64,000 bases of DNA, taken from assembly GCA_012295275.1 (NCBI GenBank), contig CM022670.1, positions 930,001 through 994,000 of the forward strand. Reading direction: 5' to 3'. Origin of the DNA: Chrysomallon squamiferum (taxonomy: Eukaryota; Animalia; Mollusca). Positions within the stretch are counted from its first letter, which is position 1, and every line of letters begins with the position of its first letter. Below the pieces are notes generated by a model. The model worked only from the letters and a program-made list of their open reading frames with translations, did not search any database and was not told the origin of the DNA. Positions 41,591 through 54,821 of this stretch are shown here, one piece after another. The translations under genes were made by a program, and so were the position numbers.

Positions 41591-44444
41591 TAATAATAAA
41601 AATAATTCTAAATAATCATGTAAAAAAAAGAAAAAAAAGAGATATTTTTGTTATTTTAAAAACATTGCTTTTTGCTTTCATTTACCAACATCCACAATCG
41701 TATGTTAATAAATAATAACAATCATAAGAAGAGTAAGACATATTGTAGAAGTAGTAGTAATAACAAAAATAACAATAAATATAAAAAGAAGACATTTATC
41801 TCATTACTGGTTGCTGTATTTTACAAATGGATGCCACTGAATATGTCAGACTAGCATACATTATTCAGAAAGTAATAAGGAACAGCAAAACTTTGATTGA
41901 CATGTCTGTCAACATTGTCTGGATTTTCTGCATAACTAACACAACATGATCGCTATCGCTGGTAATAAAGTGAAAAATATTTTTATTTTCTCATTTTCAT
42001 TGGCGAGTTAACAGCAGTCAATTAACAGAACAAAGAAATTCCTAGTTCTACCCAAATCATCATCTGTGCAGAGAATGAACAGATATTTGAAAACTTCCCA
42101 TCACATTTAATATTAACTTTATTCACATTTCTTATCTTTTTTCCCACATTGTTTTATTATTGTGATGATGACAGAAAGCTGTTGCCTCCATTCTATATTT
42201 GAATCATACTGATTTACAGCATAAGTACTTTCCTAAAGATGTTTGTCTGGATTTGGTTAGAATGCAAAATACAGGCACAAAATAGCTTTGGAACTGATAC
42301 ATTTAAATACAAAAATAAATATAAGAAAGTCAAAGCATACTTATTACCATCCACTGAAAAATATCAGTGTAAATAGTTCGAGTTTTAAATTTAAAAACAT
42401 TATTTAATTCTTTCAGGTTTTTTTCCATTCTACCTTCAGTTTTTCTTTTCTTTACTTCACAAATGTTCAGACAAAGGCTTTGGTGTTTATTTTCCTGTTT
42501 CTCTTTCATAGGTTTGTGTACAGACATGTACATACACATAAAAATAAAACAAAACAAAAGGAAAATAATCTTTTATGCTATTTTCATCACAAATGATCCA
42601 AAATGGCTGACACAAGACATATTTTTAGCCGTCTTGTCCAGTCTCTGTATTTACGGTCACAGTTCATTGGGCACATGCAAACATCTGAAACTGTACAGTG
42701 GCAGTGGATGGACAAGGTAAACATGCTACTAGAAATATCAGAGGTCAGTGATTGCATCACACTGTGTCAACATAGGCAGCCATTATTAACAGACTGGTTT
42801 TTCACCTTTTAGACATAGCCGAGGTTTATCAGTATATGATAGTTATTATGTCATTAAGAAAAGAAATTTCCATTGTTTGTGACAATTAAGGCTTTTCTCC
42901 TTTTTTTTCTCTCCTTTTTTTTCAAATTTCCTTTTAATTTGTTGTATATTTTAGCCTTGATAACTTTTCCTTAGAGGTTTTTTTTTTACAATAATTAGTG
43001 GATATAAAATCTTAGTGTGTACATTAAGTGATCTGTAGATGTATGTATAATTTAAATGAGACTGGTTAGTTTTTGAATGCAAAAGATGTGCATGAGTAAT
43101 TAATGAGTGTTATTTGTCTTTCATTTACCAGATCTCTCTGTTTAAGAATTTTTTTAAAAAGGGACCTAAATTGTTTTATGTTATTATACGAATGATGTCT
43201 TTAAAGGATTCCAAAATTGCTCGGTAAGCAAAAAAAACCAAACAATGGTACCTAAATTGTTTTATGAGTGTCTTGTTGGAGAAAGAAAAATAACAGAAAA
43301 CAAAACTGACAGCATTTTCAAGCTGTACAGTCTGAAAATTGTTGATGTATCATGTATTGGAGCCTGCCCATATACATTACATTTCACGTTACAGCATGTT
43401 GATGCCTGTGTGAAAAGTTTGACATGCCTGACTGCCTTGGTAATCACAAACTTTAGTTTCAAAATCAATGAGTCATCCTACATTTATTACCTAATACAAT
43501 AACTGTTTGTAACTCTGTTGTAAATCTGGTTCAGTCTGCAGATTTTTAATTAGGTGCAGTTGGTATTTCTTTATATTCATGTAAACTAATAGCTGATACA
43601 CATTTTTATTTATTTATTAGTATGGGTTTGTTTTGGATGGATTTATAACAGTAGATACATCATATGGTCAGTTTTGGGCTTTGTCGCCCACAGATATTTC
43701 TGTAAAACTGAAATCTTGTTAATAAATGTTTATGTATTACTAAGTACGTTAACACTGTCATATTAATGGATGCCCTGTTTCAAAACTGAAATAAACTTAA
43801 ATAAAAAAGTTGATTTGGATGCTTGTCAAACATCTATGTTTATAGAGTCTATGTTAGTGTATGGAAATCATATTATCTCAATCTTACATCACACATACAT
43901 GTATTCTTTTTAGTAAACACTTTAATATTACGAGATGTTGTTGTCTTGGGTTACCTTCTGGAGTTGTTGTTTTTTTCAAACATACTGAGCTTAGACTGAA
44001 GTGTCCTTTTTTCCATTCCTAGTAATGGAAAATGATCTTGTGTGAGTAGAGAAGTGTGAATTAGCTGCAGCAGCACTGTCAGCTTGTGGTCAGCAGTTGT
44101 AAGCTGCTGCAGAAGTTGATAACTAACTGTAGTAACTTTATAACCAAAGTTATCCACATACAAATTACGTAACAGACAAAAGGCAGCACTGTTTGTATTA
44201 AAATAAGCAATCCCAGAATGGTAAACAGTATTACTTAAAACAACTGCAGATCTGCATTCAGATTATGTAAGAATAATGTTCAGAGGTTTTTAAAGTGACA
44301 GGTATTTTAGTTTTCATCTGAGTAGGTAGGTACACTTGAGCTTGCTCTGAGAGCAGTCGTCCTGATTGATTCTTTGTGTCTTTATGACCAGAGGCAAGTG
44401 TTGTTACATAACTGTTTTCATCTGACAGAGATTAAAATAATAAG

Positions 44445-44511
<67 letters not shown>

Positions 44512-46571
44512 ATTATTATTAGCAATAATACATAATTTGCATCAGGTTATACGAGGTATTTCCTTTGAGTACTTTCTAAGATGGAATTGGTTTAATCCAA
44601 GCATTATAATAAGAAGATATTTTCATAAAACATATCCAGCTTATTTTTATGGAAAATCCAATCCATTTTTGTTCAATAGGACCAACGCTGTAGTTTGCAC
44701 AATGTTGTGGGCTTGCTTGTTTTCACAGCAATTCCTAACAAGACTTCTGATCAAATAATTTTCTTGCAGTAATACTTCAGCTTGCATCAGAGCTTGTTTG
44801 TGTAGTACTTTTGACCCAGACTTTTTGAGCACCACTAATCTTAATATCATTTCAAATGTGCTGCCTTTGAAGATAACTCAGTAGAGTCTTCACTGATTCA
44901 CTGGAGTCTGGACTAAACTGTGCTTGGTAAGTGACTGGATTATGAGCAGTCACACTCAAGTATGGGTGACTTGTGCTGTTAGTCACACACACTGAGCACA
45001 TTTTATAGTTTGTTTAGTAATCCAGTGTGAGTAGGCCTGTAGAACAGTGTTTAGTAATCAAAGGGTGAGTAGATGTTTAAAGTACAAATATCGCTGTCTT
45101 GTTGTTAGTGGTTATTTCACTGTCTGCAACCAGGCTGAACACGTAGGCTAATAGGTCACTTAGTCTGCTGGGAATTTTTGTTCCAGCTGTGCATGATAAG
45201 GCATATTCTTTTTCCACCTGATTTCCTAATAGGTATGTTTACATTTTTCAATTTTTTTTTTTATTATAATTCTTTACCCATTTTAAACTTTTTTTGTTTG
45301 GTTTAATATTTCATGAACTGCATTGGTTAGGTTTTAAATTGTGTTCTGTTGTGTGTTGTCAGCTTTTAAGGTTTTTTTTTTTTTTTTTTTGGAGAAAAAC
45401 TTGTATGATTGATTTAATTTTAATCTTGGATCATAATATTTTAACACATGGTTTGATAATTATGTATTTCAGTTAACATTTTTTGGTATTTTGACTCAGA
45501 TGAAAAGAGGTTTTAAAAAATGATTGAATCAGTCTGCCATTCACTGACTAATTTTTTCATTTTTGGTATCATGCTGCATTAACTTTAGTCAGTTCATTAA
45601 ATTAATGTAAATATTGCGAGTGAAATGTTTTATTTTATAATTACTCATTCATAAAATTTTTTGTATGCACCTCCTGACATCTGGAGTATATGTACAAGTA
45701 TGCATCCAAGTGTACAAGTCAAGATATCTTAAATAACTCATGTAACAAAATAGTGCAGAATCTTTATGTAATATTTATTAATATATTTTCTGTTTTCTTC
45801 TTTTCTTTTTTTATATTATGATTTTAGAGAATTTAAATTTTTTTGTATTGATATTTAGTGAACAATTATATTGTCACAATTTAGTGATCTAGATCAATTA
45901 CATTTTCAACCCTTAAAATTCCAGTGTTAAATTTATTACCTTGGGTTTCTTGAGTAATTTTTGGGTAAAAAATATACAAGTTAGTATTACTTCTCTACAG
46001 GCTTGGTATCCTAAATGCTATTCACAAATGTAAGCCCTATTTTCTGTAGCTTACTGTGTGTGCAGTTGGATGTTAAATTGTCCATTTGTCAACTTGACCA
46101 TGATTGTTTTTCATTTTTAGAGATGTATGAAGTTGTATTGGCAGAAAGTTGTTGATTATGTGCAGGCATGACTTGTAAAAAATATTAGTTATACATTTGC
46201 ATACACCATGCAAAAATAATTAACAAGTTCTTATTTTCGTAAGTCCTGCACAAACAAAATGTATCTTTGAATTTAATGAAATGTAAACAATGACAATTAT
46301 TTTATGAAAACTGATACATATCTAACTAATTTAAGGACATTTATAAATTATTTTAAATGTAATTTTAAAAATCTTCATTAATTCATTGTAAGTAATCAAG
46401 TATTGTAAATCTAAAATGAAAGTAATGACAAACCAAATAACAAGATCAATACTGGTTTTAAAATTTTTTTTCATTTCATAAATTTGTATTTTATTTTTTT
46501 TTTTTTTTTTTTTTATTATTTCAGGTATAGTCTTTGAGAAACAGCGAAGAATAGTTGAGAAAAGTTTATTA

Positions 46572-48815
46572 ATGATGGCATCTCCCACTCCTTCTCAGAG
46601 TGATACCCTTACTACTGCTTCCAACTCCTCCGACAGCGAGATGGAATCAGCAGGCGTGAACACAAGGTGCAGTCTGTGCAACGACACGTTCTCCATGCCA
46701 AAAGTCCTCAGCTGCTTTCACACATTTTGTCAGCCATGTCTGGAGAAGTCGCAGGAAGAGCCTGACAAAGTGTCCTGTCCTGAATGTCACTTCGATACAT
46801 ACCTTGGTGCTGAGGGCTTGGCAGGTCTCAAGCCAGATTACGCAATTAGCAACATTCTAGAGTCATCAGCCCTTGACACAAGTGCCTTACACTGTACTGG
46901 GTGCAAAAGCAAGGAGACCAATGCTGTGGCGAGATGCTTCGACTGCGCCAACTTTCTTTGTGCCAACTGTGTCATGGCTCACCAGTTTATGCATTGTTTT
47001 GAAGGTCATCGAGTTGTCAGCTTGGGTGACCTTCAGCTGAAGCAAGAGGAAGGAGGCAGCAAGGCTGACAAGCCGGTCAACTGTCCAAGACACAAGAACG
47101 ACGTATTGAAGTTCTTCTGTAAAACCTGTGTCCAGCCAATCTGTAAGGAGTGTACTGTCTTTGACCATGGCCGTGGACACGAGTGTCAGTTTCTCATGGA
47201 TGTAGCAGAGAAACAGATTGACATGCTCAGGCATGTAGAAAATGAAGCGAGAACCAAAATAAGTGACCTGAGAGTGTCTGCTAAAGGAATTGAGCATTTC
47301 TCCAGCACCCTGCAGTCTCACTACCACCAGGCTCAAAACGACATCAACGACACATACAACTTCTACCGTGCCATGCTGGAAGAGAGAAAAGCAGAGGCAC
47401 TGAAAGAGCTGGACCAGGCATTCAACACCAAGCAGGTTGCTATTAGTACACTGGCTCAGAAGATGCAGGAAAGTGTGGAGAAACTGTATCAAGGAGCTGA
47501 GTTCATTGACAAGTTACTCAAACATGCATCAGTCACAGAAGCCCTGATGGTAAAAAACTTTGTTGAGCAACGCTTCCAGAACATCTACAACTTCTTGCCA
47601 GAGGAGGACAACCAGAATTACTTTGAGATTGAGTTTGTTTCCAACTTCCAAGCCATACAGACAGGAATCCGCAACACTTTTGGTTATGTGAGGCAGGGAA
47701 ATGAACTTGCCCCCATCCAGAAACCACAGCCCATCGCACGTCCAACGACTAATGGTTTCATTACTCCACCTAATCTGACAAATGGTCACATTTTTGAGAC
47801 AGTGAGTCTCACTAAAGACTTTGGCAGCACAAGTCTCATATTCCCACCAACAGACACAAACCAGTACGAGAAGTGGTCCAGTGGTCTGGACATCATGCAG
47901 AACGGCATCGATGTCTTCTCACCCACACCATCCGATTCCATTGCTGACTTGACATCAAAACTAATCAACTCCAGCATCTATCCACCGAAATCTCAGATCA
48001 GGCGCCAGAAAATGATCTACCATTGTCGCTTCGGTGAATTTGGAGTTCTTGAAGGACAGTTCACAGAACCCAGTGGTGTTGCTGTCAATGCTCAGAATGA
48101 CATCATTGTGGCTGACACCAACAATCATCGCATTCAGATCTTTGACAAAGAAGGTCGTTTCAAATTCCAGTTTGGGGAATGTGGAAAGAGAGATGGCCAG
48201 TTGCTCTACCCAAACCGTGTGTCCAATGTCCGTTCATCTGGAGATATTATTGTTACAGAGCGAAGTCCTACCCACCAAATCCAGATCTACAATCAGTACG
48301 GTCAGTTTGTGCGCAAGTTTGGTGCCAACGTTTTACAGCATCCACGTGGGGTCACCGTTGACAACAAAGGCAGAATTGTTATAGTGGAGTGCAAGGTGAT
48401 GCGAGTGATCATCTTCGACCAGTATGGAAATGTCCTCAACAAGTTTGGCTGTTCCAAACATCTTCAGTTTCCCAACAGCGTCGTAGTCAACGACAAGGAG
48501 GAAATCTTCATCAGTGACAACCGTGCCCACTGCGTGAAGGTCTTCAATTACCAGGGAGTCTTCCTCAGACAGATTGGTGGTGAAGGTGTCACCAACTACC
48601 CCATCGGTGTAGGAATCAACATGTCTGGAGAGGTGATCGTCGCAGACAATCATAACAACTTCAACCTTACAATTTTCACCCAAGACGGCCAGCTGATCAA
48701 CGCACTCGAATCCAAGGTGAAGCATGCACAGTGTTTTGACGTGGCCCTCATGGATGATGGCTCGGTGGTCCTTGCCAGCAAAGATTACAAACTGTATATC
48801 TACAAGTACATGTAA
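46572..48815 (+). CDS. brat: Brain tumor protein ortholog (TRIM-NHL: RING, two B-boxes, coiled coil, NHL beta-propeller), 747 aa, single coding exon
   Basis: C3HC4 RING (CSLC..CFHTFCQPC..CPEC); B-box1 (CTGCKSKE..CFDCANFLCANCVMAHQFMHCFEGH, characteristic of Brat); B-box2 (CPRH..FFCKTCVQPICKEC..H..H); coiled coil; NHL domain nearly identical to Drosophila Brat (SQIRRQKMIYHCRFGEFGVLEGQFTEPSGVAVNAQNDIIVADTNNHRIQIFDKEGRFKFQFGECGKRDGQLLYPNRV..SKVKHAQCFDVALMDDGSVVLASKDY). Acceptor (T)n-TTTCAG at 46524. Confidence 0.97.
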   Translation: MMASPTPSQSDTLTTASNSSDSEMESAGVNTRCSLCNDTFSMPKVLSCFHTFCQPCLEKSQEEPDKVSCPECHFDTYLGAEGLAGLKPDYAISNILESSALDTSALHCTGCKSKETNAVARCFDCANFLCANCVMAHQFMHCFEGHRVVSLGDLQLKQEEGGSKADKPVNCPRHKNDVLKFFCKTCVQPICKECTVFDHGRGHECQFLMDVAEKQIDMLRHVENEARTKISDLRVSAKGIEHFSSTLQSHYHQAQNDINDTYNFYRAMLEERKAEALKELDQAFNTKQVAISTLAQKMQESVEKLYQGAEFIDKLLKHASVTEALMVKNFVEQRFQNIYNFLPEEDNQNYFEIEFVSNFQAIQTGIRNTFGYVRQGNELAPIQKPQPIARPTTNGFITPPNLTNGHIFETVSLTKDFGSTSLIFPPTDTNQYEKWSSGLDIMQNGIDVFSPTPSDSIADLTSKLINSSIYPPKSQIRRQKMIYHCRFGEFGVLEGQFTEPSGVAVNAQNDIIVADTNNHRIQIFDKEGRFKFQFGECGKRDGQLLYPNRVSNVRSSGDIIVTERSPTHQIQIYNQYGQFVRKFGANVLQHPRGVTVDNKGRIVIVECKVMRVIIFDQYGNVLNKFGCSKHLQFPNSVVVNDKEEIFISDNRAHCVKVFNYQGVFLRQIGGEGVTNYPIGVGINMSGEVIVADNHNNFNLTIFTQDGQLINALESKVKHAQCFDVALMDDGSVVLASKDYKLYIYKYM

Positions 48816-51800
48816 ACTCATTTTTTAAAACTTGTTTTTAAATCAGCCAACGATTTACTAATACTATCAACCCTTCCAGAAAAACATGGGACATTTGGTT
48901 AGTCCTGTGTATAGCATTGATATGTTACGTGTGTGTGTGTGTGTTGTTTTTATTATTATTTTTTTTATTTTATTTTATTTTTTCAAAATCTTTGTTGGGA
49001 TAATTTAGTGCTAGTTTTGAGGCACTGCTTTGAAACATGTTTTTCTGGAAGGGCTTGGTTTGAATTTAATTTTTTTTGTCTCACTCAAGTGTAATTCCAA
49101 CATCACTGGCACTTGTCAGTGTGCTGCAAGAATATTTTAAAATTTTAAAATTTTCATATTCCATTTGTTTTGAGTGTCCTTGGATGCTTCCTGTTTGTCA
49201 TTATAACTAGTCAATTACTCATAATTTGAGATTGGAGTGTTTGTTCCAAACACAATCTTTCATGCAAAAAACTAAACAAAAAGGGTCACATATTTTGATT
49301 TGTTTTAAAAAAAAAAAATAATAAAAACAAAAAAAAACAAAAAAAATTGTAATAATCCTTTCTCAGTATTTAAAATAAAAAAGAATCTTATTTATGTTCA
49401 CTTATAGATGTTACTGTTTGAATGTTTTTATATTTTCGTTGAATCAAATCCACACAAAGCACGTAGCAACAGTTGTCAGTGTGTGATAGCTACAACTACC
49501 ACTACCACGCACCCGACGATACCGGCATGCATGACGATGTTGTCTGCAGCTTGTCGAACTAATCATTGTGATAACGTGGCCTAGTGTTGTGGCTCAGATA
49601 ATAAGCATATTGTCGTCCATTTTGGCCAATTATTTAATTCTGCTGTCATTATTATTATTTTTTTTAAGTTAAGTTATTTTGTTTAATTATAGTTATGCAT
49701 GATGTACAAGCCAGCCATAATTTGGCTTCGGTTATTTATTAGTTGTCGTTTTTTTTTTTCTTTTCTTTTTTGTTTTTTCGTTGTTGATGGTTATGTAATA
49801 TACCCCACCCAAATATATAGTTTCACTAATACTGAGTCAATATATTTATATGCAGAATGTGTTTTTTTGTTGTGTCTGGATGTGCCTACCTCACTAAGTT
49901 GCAATAAAGCTTGTTACGAAATCTATATTATATGTATATCATTTAATGCAAAGTGAACCAAACTTGTTATTGCCATATTGTGGACAAGTTAGCTTCTCTG
50001 TGTATGGCATGTTGTTATTGGACAGCACACTTTGGACACTGGCCTCTTATCCAATCAAAATCATTGGTACATTTTTTTCATGTTGAAATGGAGATTTCAA
50101 AATTTTGTTTAAAATATTAGAAAATAATTACTTTCTGACCAAGATAAAAAAAAATATATATATGTATATATATTTTATTTATTTGACCTTTTTTGTGGTT
50201 AATATTTGCTCAATAAGCCACTTAATGTTCTTTTTCAATAGACATCTTTTAATGAGAAATTCAGCCTAAACATGCAGTGGCTTTCAGAGAGTCAGTTGGT
50301 TTAAACCAGTGAAGTGTTTCAGAGGGTTATTTGGTCTAAATTTGAGAGGGTCCTTTGATCAGACATGGTTTTGGGGATAATTGGTTTTCCAGTGTCCAAC
50401 CTGTGTTGACCCTGTGTGTTACTTAACTGTTTCTGAAAACCAACTGGTTTTTACTATTATCTGTAGTGGCATTTTCCAAGTGTGATATTTTGCTTCTTTT
50501 TTTTTTTTTTTTTTTTTTTTTCAGGTTTTTTTTTTTTTTTTTTTTTTAGTTAATTAATTATTATTACATGTGCAACAGCAGTATTTGATGTCTTCAACAA
50601 TTCTTTGATATTGTACACTTTCACTTTTTTGTTTGTTTATTTAAATCACTGATAAACTGCTGATGTTTGACATGGATTTGCTAAATATGTTGGTTCTGTA
50701 CTGGTTTCTGATTGGTTAATTGATAATTATTATTATGTTTGATTGGTTGGCTTGTACTGTCTGATTGGCCAATCGAACAAAGTTTGACAAATAATGGCAA
50801 GTTTAGGTTTTTTGATTGGATTGTCAAGTATTGAAACAATAAATATGGTATTGTAGCCAAGATAAAATATATATACATATATATATATATTTTTTTTTTG
50901 TATTTTGTTTTAAATAAATGTAAACCTGTAAAAAAAAAATCCTTAAAGACATACAAGTTGATAATAGTAGGCCTTTGTACATTTCTGTTTACAATAGAAA
51001 AATATATATATTTTAGCAAACATTACAACCAAATTTAATTGTTTGGCGATACATATGGAATGTTTACATTAACGTATAAAATTATTAAAGTTGCCCATTA
51101 ACTTGTCTGTCAAATTGAAACAAAGAATGCATCACAGCTTTGATACTACGATCTCCACAATTCAATATCATTTATATATAAACATATATATTCAGTAATT
51201 TATACTTCAGTGGATGTATTTATTTTTATTACTGATTTAATTATTTATTTCATTATAACATCACCATTCCCATCAAAGAATATTTCCACACTTTATCCTC
51301 AGACGACTGCAAAATAATTTTATAATCTAATAATATCAGTAATAACTAAATGAACTGAAACAAAAACGAAGTATGATGAAATACACACAGGCTGGATAAA
51401 TGAAAATTTGTACATCTTTGAAGGTTTTCTAATGATTGTTCTTATTGGCTGTTAGATGTTAGTACAAAAGGGTTGTGTTTACTAATGACAAAAATGTCTT
51501 CCTTATATTTTTTACCTGCCATTTGCACCTTTCTGCATAGAGTAGTACTTTGTTACATAAACATATGCACCTTGGTTAAAATGTCAATTTGCTGTTTGTT
51601 ACTTGTATGTGGGTTTTCTTTAATATTTTCTTTTAAATATATGTATACTGTTAACAAAGCTGAATATTTTTACAGTTTTCAGTCAATTGAGCATTGATAA
51701 AACTGTTGTTATTTTCAAAAAAGAAAAAAAAAAGTTAAAAAATTGTTTTTTTTTTAGTAATGGTGCTTTGTGAATTTTATGAAATAACCTGTTTCCCATT

Positions 51801-53419
51801 TGCCTCAATATAATGTTATTATGCAATTTAATATGGTGTACTTGTGTAGGTCACTTGAATAATTCATACGTGTGTTTGAGATAATTGAACGCTTAAGTTA
51901 TTTTTATTTATTTATTTTTTGAACTTACAGAATAGTGTTTCGTGTCTTGATGATTGTTTGAGTCAGGTCCAACATTTATTTAAAAAATTATTTTTAATTT
52001 TTAATTTTTTTTTTGCCAAAGTGTATCTGAAATTATGAGCCATTACGTTCCATAGCTTTTTTGTTATTATTTTTAACAAAGTCTCAAGACTGTTGTGAAT
52101 GTTGAATCTGTTACAATAAGTAGGTGTATAGTTAACACAGTTGTGTGTGTACTCTTGGTACAGCCATATTGTTTTCCTTTTTATTAATAATAATCATATG
52201 AAAAAAAAAAAAAAAAAAAAATTTATATTAACCCCTGGAGTGCTAGAATGTATGGAGCTCCCTTTTGGACCCACTAACTGTTAAGATAGCATTGGAGGGG
52301 TTAATTGTTAATCATTAATAATATGTGTATTATCTAACATTTTTCATAGCCACTAAACATATCCACATCAGCAGTGGAAGGGTTAATTCTTGTTGGATGT
52401 GCATTTGGTGAATTGGTACTACATTTCATAATGGTGCTTTGTAGCAAAATGCTGTTTAAATGCTGAGAAAGTTTATGAATTAAACAAAACAACAAACATG
52501 TCTAGTCGGAAGTGTTTTTAACCCTTTTGCTGCTGAATCATTTCATTGAGTTAAATCTCAACTGTTAATAATTGTGCATTTTTGATAAATATTTACTTTT
52601 TTTTTTCTTTTTTTTTAAACCCATCTGGTCAGTTTTGATAGAAACGAGCATCATGAGGAGAGTTACAGGAACAAAACATATTATCATGAACAACTTTTTA
52701 TCATTAGCATCATTGTTGTTATTGAAAGATATTTAACTATATTTTGTTATTAAATTTGCTAACAGTTCCAAATTGTTGCTGCATGTCATGGTGCTGATCT
52801 TTATATTTTAGAAGATATCCTGTCTATAACTATACAGCAGGCAGCCATTTTGTTTTTTTCAGTACAAGACTAAGAAAGTATTAATGAACCAAGTACCAGT
52901 TTAGTAATGGTTGTTTGAAAAAAAGAAGAATAATAACTGCAGTGTTGAAAATCAACTTTTAACACCCATTTGCTAAAAATAGTCATGATTAATTTACCAA
53001 AGCACAAAAAGGAGGAAACTGTAGAACAAATTAAGGAAGACATTTTAAGTATAAACAAAATATTTAGGTTCAGAAAATTGTTAAATAAAATTAATTTTTA
53101 TATATATTTTTCTAATGTTTGTGTCAGGATATCTTCCTAAATTTAAAATTCATTTCATATTCATGGATTAGCCACTGCCAGGCTCAGACATAACATGTAT
53201 TTGAATGCATAAATTATGATTAGTACTTAGTGTCTAGCCAATGGCGTGTGTTGTTACATAATGCAATATTCACAAATATGGGTGTGGCAAGCTTTAAGGA
53301 ACTTGTGCTCAGTAATGGCTGTTATATTTCACATAATGTTTTTGTTTGTTATTATAGATTTTTGTTCAAATAACCTTTGCAGTGCTGCTGTATATAAATA
53401 TATTAAAAACAATGAAACG

Positions 53420-53454
<35 letters not shown>

Positions 53455-54612
53455 GAGATAAAATTTCTGTTGTCTTATTTGAACATTCCTTTTTCATCGT
53501 TACCTGTTAGAATTCTTTTCTGTTTTCTGTTCTTTATTATAATTTTTATTATTGAAAATGTAATTATTGGTATAGTATTGCTAAGAATATTTTGAAAAGT
53601 ATTTTATAATTATTGTTGTCATAATTATTGTTAATCAAATAGTCATTAAAAAAAATATGTAGTCACTATTAACCAAATTTATTTTCAAATGTTTTTAATT
53701 ATTGCTTGACTAAATTAAAAATATAAATACAGATATATGGATGTTAGGATTTTTGTTAGCAGAATATCATTATTTAAAAAATATTCATATATTAATTTCA
53801 TATTTTTGTAATGCTTGATTAATTAAATTATTAAATAATTGAATTGAATGAGAAAAGTGGAGGAAAAAAAATCAATTTTGGAGAATTGTTTTTTTTTTAA
53901 ATTAACAAAATGCTTCCACATTTGAGATTACGTTTTTCACAAATGATTTCATTATTTGCTGCCATGACAAGATTTAGTTGTTTACATATCATTGTTTTTC
54001 TTTAGGTTTTAATTTTCTGTTTACAATACATCACTGTAGTAATACAAAGAAAAATAGTGCATGTTACCAGCAATAAACTGATTTTTACTGAGAATTTGAA
54101 TTACATGAAGTTTCATATTTTTATTTTTTTGTTATTTCTTTATATTAAAAAAAGAATTATGCAAAAACGTTTTAAAATTATCATACTTAGGACCATACAA
54201 TTTAATATATTGAAGCAAGATTGTGTATATTTTGGTAAAATTGAAAAAAATAAATGAATTATAAAGTATGTTCGATCTGCATTATGGAAATATTGGATAG
54301 TTAAATTGTCTAAAAATGTTAATTAAAGAAGCAAGAAACCAAAGTTTTAAAATTTTGAAATATATTTTTTTACATTTTCATATCTTTAATATGATTTAAA
54401 AAAACAAACATTTAATTAACTATTTTTTGAAGAAATAAAGTTTAAAGACTAATAGCTGTAATAGGTGAAAATAAGGTTCATCCCTGTTGATTTATTTTGT
54501 ATTTTATTTTATTTTTTTGTTCACTGCCCATTTATTCACATAGACTGCTTGTTACAAATGTTATCACAGATTTTTTTAATGTAAAATAAGATATTGTCAA
54601 TACAAAGGGGCC

Positions 54613-54643
<31 letters not shown>

Positions 54644-54777
54644 TAAGTTTGTTTCACAAGAAATCAAAAAAACTTTTTTAACAATTAAATATTAATTATT
54701 GAAAAACCTGCCAAAATATTGAACCATCATGTTTTTTGTTTGTTTTGGTGTGTGTGTGTGTTGTTGTAGTTAGGAAG

Positions 54778-54821
<44 letters not shown>

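Noticed and set aside
42162-42212. C/D snoRNA candidate (GTGATGA..CTGA)
   Set aside because: Too short, no terminal stem and no recognisable guide.
46887-48821. Antisense and alternative-frame ORFs (201, 162, 116, 86 aa) overlapping brat
   Set aside because: Shadow ORFs of a GC-richer coding exon with no recognisable domains.
48813-48902. Stop-codon readthrough of brat (28 open codons after TAA, with a downstream stem)
   Set aside because: TAA-A is an efficient terminator, the stem starts 55 nt away, and the extension has no recognisable features.
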